A DNA stretch of 48,777 nucleotides from contig JAJRBS010000171.1 of the NCBI GenBank assembly GCA_028679325.1, positions 1 to 48,777 of the forward strand, in the 5' to 3' direction. This document shows, in pieces, positions 1 through 7,178 of the stretch; the first letter of the stretch is position 1; every line of letters begins with the position of its first letter. The position numbers and the translations under genes are program-made. This DNA comes from Methanoregulaceae archaeon. GTDB taxonomy: Archaea; Halobacteriota; Methanomicrobia; Methanomicrobiales; Methanospirillaceae. The notes beneath the pieces are model-generated. The model was not told where the DNA came from. It searched no databases and worked only from the letters and a program-made list of their open reading frames with translations.

Positions 1-445
1 TGGCCACAATGTGTTCCCTCTGTGCGGGAGAGGTCTCTTTCACCGCTTTCCCCGGGACACCCACTACCACTGAGCCGGGCGGGATGCTGGCCTCTTCGGT
101 CACCACCGTCCCGGCACCGAGGATCGTGTCTGATCCTACGACGGCCCCGTTCAGGACGATGGCCCCCATACCCACCAGGACCCGGTCCTCGATCCTGCAC
201 CCGTGCAGAATTGCCCCATGACCGACAGAGACATCGTTTCCGACCAGCACCGGGTGCCCGGCGCTGGTATGTACTACGGCATTGTCCTGGACGTTTGACC
301 GGTCTCCTATCCGTACCTTGTCCTTATCGGCCCTGATCACCGCTCCGAACCAGACGCTCACTTCCCTGCCCAGGCTCACGTCCCCGAGAACGGTGGCGTT
401 CTCTGCGATAAAACCAGAGAACTCTCGCCCGCCACCCGTAGTCAT
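1..445 (-). CDS. Gamma-class carbonic anhydrase / hexapeptide-repeat protein (YrdA/PaaY-like), 3' end outside window
   Basis: Not in the ORF track; manual translation from ATG at 445 gives MTTGGGREFSGFIAENATVLGDVSLGREVSVWFGAVIRAD...SNVQDNAVVH...VGHGAILHGC, with left-handed beta-helix repeats and the three metal-binding His. Confidence 0.9.
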   Translation of the reverse strand, partial: MTTGGGREFSGFIAENATVLGDVSLGREVSVWFGAVIRADKDKVRIGDRSNVQDNAVVHTSAGHPVLVGNDVSVGHGAILHGCRIEDRVLVGMGAIVLNGAVVGSDTILGAGTVVTEEASIPPGSVVVGVPGKAVKETSPAQREHIVA

Positions 446-475
446 AATAGCAAGGAAGGTTACATATGAAGCACG

Positions 476-946
476 ATGAAGGTTATGGTAGGGGGAACAT
501 TCGATCCCCTTCACGACGGGCATAAGAGACTGATCTCCCGATCGTTCGAGCTCGCTGGCAGGGACGGGACGGTTATCGTCGGCCTTACCACCGACACCTT
601 CGCAAGCCGGAAGGTTCACCCGGTGAGGGCATACGAGCAGAGGAAAGCCGCCCTCGCCAGCTACATCAGGGAACAGGGTTTTCCTGCCTCGTACAGCATC
701 GAGCCCCTGAAGGACCGGTACGGCACTGCACTTGAGGACGACTTCGATGCCCTGGTGGTGAGCGAAGAGACCCTCCCCATCGCCCACGAGATCAACCAGC
801 TTCGGAAGGAGAAGGGGAAGCAGAAGGTGGACATCCACCAGATCACCTGCGTACTTGCCGACGATGGCCACTGGATCTCGAGCACCCGGATCTACCGCGG
901 GGAGATCGATGTCCACGGGAGGCTTCTCTCATCCGAAGAACAGTGA
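476..946 (+). CDS. coaD: Archaeal phosphopantetheine adenylyltransferase
   Basis: GGTFDPLHDGH (HxGH) motif, VSEET and ISSTRI motifs, 156 aa. Confidence 0.92.
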   Translation: MKVMVGGTFDPLHDGHKRLISRSFELAGRDGTVIVGLTTDTFASRKVHPVRAYEQRKAALASYIREQGFPASYSIEPLKDRYGTALEDDFDALVVSEETLPIAHEINQLRKEKGKQKVDIHQITCVLADDGHWISSTRIYRGEIDVHGRLLSSEEQ

Positions 947-949
947 GGC

Positions 950-978
950 TTCAACCCCGCGGTTGAATATTGAACCGC
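950..978. terminator. Overlapping hairpins between convergent coaD and TPR gene
   Basis: TTCAACC-ccgc-GGTTGAA (950-967) overlaps near-palindrome GCGGTTgAATATTgAACCGC (959-978). Confidence 0.3.
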
Positions 979-1057
979 AACCATCAAGGGAATATATATA
1001 GGAGTCTCTCGTCCCTTCTCTTGATACTCAAAGCATCCTCTTTTTGAGAACGTTCCC

Positions 1058-1678
1058 TCACCGTTTCGGAAAGCCAAGAGCCATGGCGAGAACAACCCCC
1101 CCAATGGCACAAAAGACCGCCAGAGGAGCCTTTGTTGTCGGGACCGGCAGATGCCTTTTTGCATCGTCGCGGTTCTTCCTCGCCTCGACCGAACCGGGAT
1201 CGAGCCTGAGTGCCTCCTCAGAAGCGGCCAGTGCCTCTTCGTACCTTCCCAGTTGAATCAGGGCCGTCCCCTCGTTCACCCGTGCCTCGGTCAGGCCCGG
1301 GTCAAGCGCTGCCGCCTTCTCGGCTGCTGCCAGCCCCCCGCTCGCGTCCCCGATATGGATGAGGGCATAGGCCTTGTTGTTCCAGGCCGAAGCCTCCCCG
1401 GGGTCGAGGGCAATGGCCCTGTCAGAGGCATTTATCGCCTCCGGGAACCTTCCTAAAGCGTTCAGAATTCCCCCCCGGGTGGAATGGGCCAGGGTGAAGT
1501 TCGGGTTTTCTACAATGGCGAGGTCGACCTCGGAAAGGGCTTCGGTATAGTTTCCGGCCATGGCCAGGTCCACGGCCTGGTTGTAGTGGTTGATAGCCAC
1601 AAGATTATCGGCCGCTGCCGCCGGTATGGCCAGCAGGCCGAGGAGAAACAGGAGACCCAGTCTCTTATCGGTGGTCAT
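1058..1678 (-). CDS. Exported TPR-repeat protein with C-terminal membrane anchor
   Basis: Start reassigned to MTTDKRLGLLFLLGLLAIPAAAA (signal peptide); TPR repeats (AWNNKAYALIHIG, EEALRLDP); C-terminal PTTKAPL + hydrophobic helix + KR. Confidence 0.85.
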   Translation of the reverse strand: MTTDKRLGLLFLLGLLAIPAAAADNLVAINHYNQAVDLAMAGNYTEALSEVDLAIVENPNFTLAHSTRGGILNALGRFPEAINASDRAIALDPGEASAWNNKAYALIHIGDASGGLAAAEKAAALDPGLTEARVNEGTALIQLGRYEEALAASEEALRLDPGSVEARKNRDDAKRHLPVPTTKAPLAVFCAIGGVVLAMALGFPKR

Positions 1679-1680
1679 GG

Positions 1681-2145
1681 TCAGATCAGGTGGCTCGCGA
1701 TGTCGCGGGTGATCTTCTGGTCGCAGTAGAGACAGTGGAGACCTTCGGGCAGCACCTCGAAACGGGACAAGATGGGCTCGTTCGTGTTCGAGATACAGCC
1801 GGGGTTCGGGCATCGTACCACGCCGGTCAGGAGCCGTGGGATCTCGACTCCTTTTTTCTCGAAGACCTCGTAGTTCCGGATGATGTTGATCGATGCCTTG
1901 GGGGCGATGAGGGCTATCCGGTCCACCTCCTCCTTCCGGAGTTCACGGTTCACGATCTTCACGATATCCTTCTTCCCCACCTTTCCCGACTTCACATTGG
2001 TTGCCACGGAGATCGACTCGGTTGTGGCCCCGGTTATGCCGATGATCTTCAGCACGTTCAGGGCCTCGCCACCGGTTATATGGTCGATCACTGTCCCGTT
2101 CTCGATGGGGCTGATGAGAAGCCCATCCCGTGCATCGCGTTTCAT
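1681..2145 (-). CDS. pyrI: Aspartate carbamoyltransferase regulatory chain
   Basis: IENGTVIDHI, KKDIVKI, Zn-binding CPNPGC...CLYC; abuts pyrB. Confidence 0.97.
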   Translation of the reverse strand: MKRDARDGLLISPIENGTVIDHITGGEALNVLKIIGITGATTESISVATNVKSGKVGKKDIVKIVNRELRKEEVDRIALIAPKASINIIRNYEVFEKKGVEIPRLLTGVVRCPNPGCISNTNEPILSRFEVLPEGLHCLYCDQKITRDIASHLI

Positions 2146-3041
2146 CAGGGCATCACCTTCAGCAGCATAGCCATCCGGACCGGGATCCCGTTCCGGGACT
2201 GGTCGAAGTACCGGGCCTGCGGGAGCCGATCAACCCGGGGGTCTATCTCGTCCAGCCGGGGAAGGGGGTGGAGCACTACCAGACGCTCCTTTCCCCGGGC
2301 CAGGAGTTCGGGAGTGACACGGTAACTCGAGGCCACCTGGAAGTAGGAGGACGAGTCCGGGAAGCGCTCCCTCTGGATACGGGTCACGTACAGCACGTCA
2401 AGGTCGGGGATGGCTCTTGAGACGTCTGCATGCTCCCTGACGTCTGTTCCTCCCCGCCGGAGCTCGTCCACGATTGAACCCGGGAGCTCGAGGCCCTTCG
2501 GCGAGATGATGTGGAGGGTCGCCCCATAGAGGGAGAGGGCATACGCCAGTGAATGGGCCGTCCTCCCGTAGCGGAGATCGCCGAGCAGGCCGACAGAGAT
2601 ACCTGAAAGAGGCATCGACTGCCGTATGGTGTAGAGGTCAAGAAGGGTCTGGGAAGGGTGCTGCCCGGCCCCGTCCCCGGCATTGATCACCGGGACGGCC
2701 GAGAACTCGCTTGCCAGCCGGGCCGCTCCTTCCTTCGGATGGCGCAGCACAATGGCGTCTGCATAGCCGCTGACTACACGGATGGTATCGGCCAGCGTCT
2801 CGCCCTTGGACATGGAACTCGCTTCCACGCTGTCGAGCCCGATCGAACATCCACCCAGGCGGGCCATGGCCGCCTCGAAAGACATCCGGGTGCGGGTGCT
2901 CGGTTCGAAGAAGAGGAGGGCCAGGATCTTCCCGGAGAGAGCTTTTCCGGGGTGCGGCCCGGCATCGAGTTTCGCTGCCTGGTCAAGGAGTTTGTCGATG
3001 GACGGCCGGTCCAGATCGCGTATGGAGATGATATGGTTCAT
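2145..3041 (-). CDS. pyrB: Aspartate carbamoyltransferase catalytic chain
   Basis: FFEPSTRT, HPSQTLLD, HPLPR motifs; start at MNHIISI (3041). Confidence 0.97.
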   Translation of the reverse strand: MNHIISIRDLDRPSIDKLLDQAAKLDAGPHPGKALSGKILALLFFEPSTRTRMSFEAAMARLGGCSIGLDSVEASSMSKGETLADTIRVVSGYADAIVLRHPKEGAARLASEFSAVPVINAGDGAGQHPSQTLLDLYTIRQSMPLSGISVGLLGDLRYGRTAHSLAYALSLYGATLHIISPKGLELPGSIVDELRRGGTDVREHADVSRAIPDLDVLYVTRIQRERFPDSSSYFQVASSYRVTPELLARGKERLVVLHPLPRLDEIDPRVDRLPQARYFDQSRNGIPVRMAMLLKVMP

Positions 3042-3170
3042 GGATGCCCCGGACTGGCAGGTGAACGGGCCGGCCGGGTCGCCCCGGTACCCGGGCCCTT
3101 GCCTGTGTACAGGTAGGAGCTGCACCTTTTTGAGGCTATTGGATGGACGGAGGAAGGGATACGGAACATG

Positions 3171-4667
3171 TCAGCAGCCGACCAGCCGGACCGCAGAACT
3201 CCCCGTGAGGAGAAGGTTCCAGGCCTTGCGCCGGGGATTGTACCGGACGAGGACACCGCGAAGTTCGACCACGGCGGCGTAGGGCACGGACAGGAGCGTC
3301 TTGTTCGACCCGGTCACGTGGTAGCGGGGGAGGATAGCGTAGGCCGTCCCGGAAGCATCGCAGAGGAGGAAGACATGGTTCTCCCGGTCGCCGAGGTCTC
3401 CGGATATGACGGCTGCGGTAAGGTTGATCCTCTTCCCCGCGTGCTTCCGGAGAGACGAGAGAGGAGGGGAGGGTGAGTGCACCGTGACCGGGGCCGCACC
3501 CGCATCTTCCTGCTCCCGGACCAACACCGCGTAACTGAATTTAATATCCGTATTCTCGAACCTGAAGGCCTCCTTCTCTCCGGACAGTGCTCGCATGAGC
3601 CGTGTCGGCCGGATGGAGGGCTTTTCAAGGAAACTCCAGCAGGGCCCGGCCCGGCAGCTTCCGGCCCTGAGGAACCGGCAGGGGTCCCGGACGGTAAGAC
3701 TTTTTCCAGCGGCGGCCCGGACCGTTTCCCTGAGCGAGATCGAGTTGTCCTTGTCGGCGGGCTCGATGAGCGCCATGCATCCGCCGGGGACGAGAAGCCG
3801 GGAGAGCGAGGAGATTATCCTGACCTTCTCGGGATTCCCGCCCGGGAGCTCGTTGAGCACGTTCTGCAGCACCACAAGGTCCACAGATGTTGGGAGGAGG
3901 ATCTCCTCCAACTCGCGGAGGTCCCCCCTGACCGGAGGGTGGATCGCGACTCTTCCGCCGGTGCAGCCGGGCACAAGCCGGTTATAAGCATCGATGAACT
4001 CCTCTGATCGTTCGAGAGCAAAGACCTCGGCGGATAGCCCGGGTAGGTCCTGCAGGAGCCCGGAGAGTGCCAGGGGGACGATCCCAGGACCGGCCCCGAC
4101 ATCGAGGACCCTGATGGTATTCTGGACCAGTCCCTGCCGGATGAGCCGCAAGAAGAGGTGGGAGAACTGGAAGTAGGTGACCGGGGACTGGTAGGCGAGA
4201 TAGGCCAGGACCGCGTACCCCTTCCGGTAACCGATCCTCCGCTCGTCCCCTCCCCGCCAGTACTGGCTCTTCTGCTGCATCACCGAGGCCCGTATCCTCT
4301 GGAGGGTGACCGGGTCGTCCCACGTTTTTCCGGTCTTCATGCCGATGTACTCCTCGATGAGCCGCTGGATGCCTTCGGGGAACTCCCCGGCTGTCAGCCG
4401 GTTTTCGAGCTTTGAGAGGTCCCGTTCGTCGGTCGTAAAAAGACCTGCCCGGGGTATCCGGTAGATGGTGATCCGATCCCTCTCCCCCCGCCAGCCGAGG
4501 CTGAGAAGAGAGAGGGAGGGCAGGAGGGACCGGAGAAGGGCGGGAAGATCTGCGTCCTGATGCAGGGCGTCACGAAAATCACGGAGCGGGAACGACTCCT
4601 TTCCTTCCGAAAAATCCGAAAGTTCCTGCAGGAACGGATCCCGGGTCATGGATATGTGGTGGAACAC
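3171..4667 (-). CDS. Rsm22/METTL17-like class I SAM-dependent methyltransferase (start may be 4649)
   Basis: AYLAYQSP, VLDVGAGPG, QNVLNEL, IEPAD, PC..C..CWSF, KFSY motifs; C-terminal OB-like beta domain. Confidence 0.75.
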   Translation of the reverse strand: MFHHISMTRDPFLQELSDFSEGKESFPLRDFRDALHQDADLPALLRSLLPSLSLLSLGWRGERDRITIYRIPRAGLFTTDERDLSKLENRLTAGEFPEGIQRLIEEYIGMKTGKTWDDPVTLQRIRASVMQQKSQYWRGGDERRIGYRKGYAVLAYLAYQSPVTYFQFSHLFLRLIRQGLVQNTIRVLDVGAGPGIVPLALSGLLQDLPGLSAEVFALERSEEFIDAYNRLVPGCTGGRVAIHPPVRGDLRELEEILLPTSVDLVVLQNVLNELPGGNPEKVRIISSLSRLLVPGGCMALIEPADKDNSISLRETVRAAAGKSLTVRDPCRFLRAGSCRAGPCWSFLEKPSIRPTRLMRALSGEKEAFRFENTDIKFSYAVLVREQEDAGAAPVTVHSPSPPLSSLRKHAGKRINLTAAVISGDLGDRENHVFLLCDASGTAYAILPRYHVTGSNKTLLSVPYAAVVELRGVLVRYNPRRKAWNLLLTGSSAVRLVGC

Positions 4668-4751
4668 GGGAGGAAAAATATCCTTTGTGCTTTATTAGCG
4701 ACTGGCGGGAAGAGGAACGATTAAGCCCGGTCCCGTTCACCTCTTCTCCTG

Positions 4752-6809
4752 ATGCCGGAGGACAGGCCGGAAGGCCGGGAACTGATGACCGAAGACCAGG
4801 GGTATGCCCTTCTCGAACGGTTCGGGATCCCTGTCCCGCGGTTCATGGTCGCCACCGGGATCGAGGAGGCCTTCAGAGGTGCGGACCGAATCGGGTACCC
4901 GGTCGTCCTGAAGGTGGTGTCACCGGATGTCATCCACAAGAGCGATATCGGCGGTGTGGCTGTCCATATCGCCGGGCAGGAAGCGTTGAAGGAGGCGATG
5001 ACCCGGATGAAGGCCGACCTTGCCCGGAACATGCCGTCGGCGACGATAAAAGGCTTTCTTGTCGAGCAGGAGATGCCTCCCGGTCTTGAGCTCTTTATCG
5101 GCGGGAAGACCGATCAGGCCTTTGGAAAGGTCCTCTCATTCGGGCTTGGCGGAACAGCCATCGAAGTGTTCAGGGATATAGCTCTCCGGGTTCTTCCCTT
5201 CGGAAGCGAGGGTATAAGGTCCATGATCCGGCAGATCCGCGGATACCCGCTCATCGCCGGCCACCGCGGAAGCCCACCGCTCGACGAGGAAGCGCTGGAA
5301 AGAACCATCGAATCGGTGATCAGGCTTTTTTTATCCGATGAACGGGTCGCTGAGTTCGACATCAATCCGGTCGTCCTCTATCCCCGGGGAGCGTGTGCGG
5401 TCGACGCCCGGATCTATCGATCGCATGATGTCCCTCCCAGGAACGCGGCCCGTGAAGAGGTTGGCCCGGGGCTCTTTCATCCCCGGTCCATTGCGGTGAT
5501 CGGTGCCTCCTCTGACCCGAAGAAGATCGGGTATTCGGTCTTTTCCAACCTCCTCCCCTTCCCCGGGCCCCTTTACCCGGTCAATCCCGGCCGGGCCGAG
5601 ATCCTGGGAAGGCCGGCTTATGCCCGGGTATCAGATATCCCGGGCCCGGTGGATACGGCGGTTATCGCTATCCCGGCCCCGGCGGTTGAGGGAGTGATGG
5701 AGGAGCTCGCCGCTCACAAGACACGTCTGGCGATCATCATCTCGTCAGGGTTCAGCGAGACCGGGCGCGAAGGAAGGGAACGGGAGGAGAGGATCCTCGC
5801 CATCGCCAGGGCAGCAGGCATCAGGGTCATCGGGCCGAACTGTCTCGGCATCGTCCTCCCGCACGAGGATATCAACACCACCTTCGACCCGGTCACCCCC
5901 CTGAAAGGAAACATCGCGTTCATCTCCCAGAGCGGAGCCGTGATTACCACCATTGTTGACTGGAGCGTTCCCGAAGAGATCGGGTTTTCAGCGGTCATCT
6001 CTGTCGGGAACCAGATCGACCTCGACTTTATCGACTTCCTGGAGTTTGCCGGAAGCCAGCCTGAGACCCGGGCGATCATCCTGTACATCGAGGAGATAAA
6101 GGACGGTCGGGCTTTCCTTGACGCGGTACGGGAGATCACAAAGACAAAGCCAGTCATCGTCCTCAAGTCAGGTTCCTCGGCAATCGGGAAGAGGGCCGCC
6201 GCCTCCCACACCGGGTCACTAGCCGGCGACTTCGAGGTTTATCTGTCCGCTTTCCGACAGGCGGGCGCTACCCCGGTCTTCTCGATCCTTGAGACCTTCG
6301 ACCTTGCCAAGCTGGTGGTGTGGCAGGGGTATCCGGAAGGGAAAAGGGCGGTGGTGATCTCTGCCGCCGGGGGCTTTGCAGTCCTGGCCTCGGACTATGC
6401 CGAACGGTACCATGTCGGACTCCCAGCCCTCAGTCCGCGGCTCATGGAGGAGCTTGACCGGTTCCTCCCGCCTATCTGGAACAGGGCAAACCCCATGGAC
6501 ATCATCGGTGACGGGGATGCCGAACGCTACGCCAGGGTCTTTGACACTCTTCTCCGGTTCCAAGACGAGTGGGATATAGCGGTGGTCATCGCTGTACCGT
6601 CGGCAGTCATCAATGCCGTCGACCTCGCACGGGAGATGGTGCGTTTTTCACGGAGTACCGAGAAGGTCACCATCGGCTGTTTCATCGGAGGAGACTCCAT
6701 GAAGGAGGGGATCGGGATCCTCCGCTCCCACCACATCCCCAATTACGATGATATTGACAGCGCCTTCCGGGCACTGGGAAGGAGCATCGCCGGTCATGAT
6801 AACCGGTGA
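4752..6809 (+). CDS. ADP-forming acetate/acyl-CoA ligase (ACD), fused with the ATP-grasp (beta) domain first
   Basis: N-terminal GYPVVLK..HKSDIGGV and DINP; then GASSDPKK, IGPNCLG, SQSGA, ASHTGSLAG (phospho-His), NPMD. Confidence 0.92.
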   Translation: MPEDRPEGRELMTEDQGYALLERFGIPVPRFMVATGIEEAFRGADRIGYPVVLKVVSPDVIHKSDIGGVAVHIAGQEALKEAMTRMKADLARNMPSATIKGFLVEQEMPPGLELFIGGKTDQAFGKVLSFGLGGTAIEVFRDIALRVLPFGSEGIRSMIRQIRGYPLIAGHRGSPPLDEEALERTIESVIRLFLSDERVAEFDINPVVLYPRGACAVDARIYRSHDVPPRNAAREEVGPGLFHPRSIAVIGASSDPKKIGYSVFSNLLPFPGPLYPVNPGRAEILGRPAYARVSDIPGPVDTAVIAIPAPAVEGVMEELAAHKTRLAIIISSGFSETGREGREREERILAIARAAGIRVIGPNCLGIVLPHEDINTTFDPVTPLKGNIAFISQSGAVITTIVDWSVPEEIGFSAVISVGNQIDLDFIDFLEFAGSQPETRAIILYIEEIKDGRAFLDAVREITKTKPVIVLKSGSSAIGKRAAASHTGSLAGDFEVYLSAFRQAGATPVFSILETFDLAKLVVWQGYPEGKRAVVISAAGGFAVLASDYAERYHVGLPALSPRLMEELDRFLPPIWNRANPMDIIGDGDAERYARVFDTLLRFQDEWDIAVVIAVPSAVINAVDLAREMVRFSRSTEKVTIGCFIGGDSMKEGIGILRSHHIPNYDDIDSAFRALGRSIAGHDNR

Positions 6810-6928
6810 CCAGCGGGGATCTGGCCGAGCCATTGAACCTCCCGGTTCAGACTTCCAACCTTTTCATTCAGGGAAAAAACCACTGTGATAGGCCCAATTT
6901 ATATGCCAGGCCATGAATTCTTTTTTCG

Positions 6929-7152
6929 GTGGAGAAGGTCCGGGTACCAGGGTACTTCGCTTAAGAAGGGAACAGGCGGGGCGGGTATCCTGTTCACCCG
7001 GAACCGGGCTCCCCCGTAGTGGCAGAGACATTTTGGTCCTGCCGTCCATGCACCAAACATCCAATGCCCACATCCTATCACCGGGGACGGAACCCGGAAG
7101 AGACCAAAAGAAGCAAGGGGGTTTTGCACCGGTCTTTTCCGGCCCGTCCCGG
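6929..7152 (+). ncRNA. Candidate structured small RNA between convergent genes
   Basis: TATA-like TTTATAT at 6898-6904 followed by three consecutive stem-loop domains; G-U pairs favour the + strand. Confidence 0.35.
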
Positions 7153-7178
7153 CTCCATACATCCGGGCCGGTAACCGG

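Noticed and set aside
1679..1813. N-terminal extension of the TPR ORF (similar extensions on pyrB, atpC, livM and both USPs)
   Set aside because: Extensions overlap neighbouring genes or precede the family N-terminus; downstream ATGs were chosen
4752..6809. ACD as a PatZ-type protein acetyltransferase partnering the HDAC
   Set aside because: No GNAT domain and both catalytic His motifs (HKSD, SHTG) are intact, so it is a true ligase
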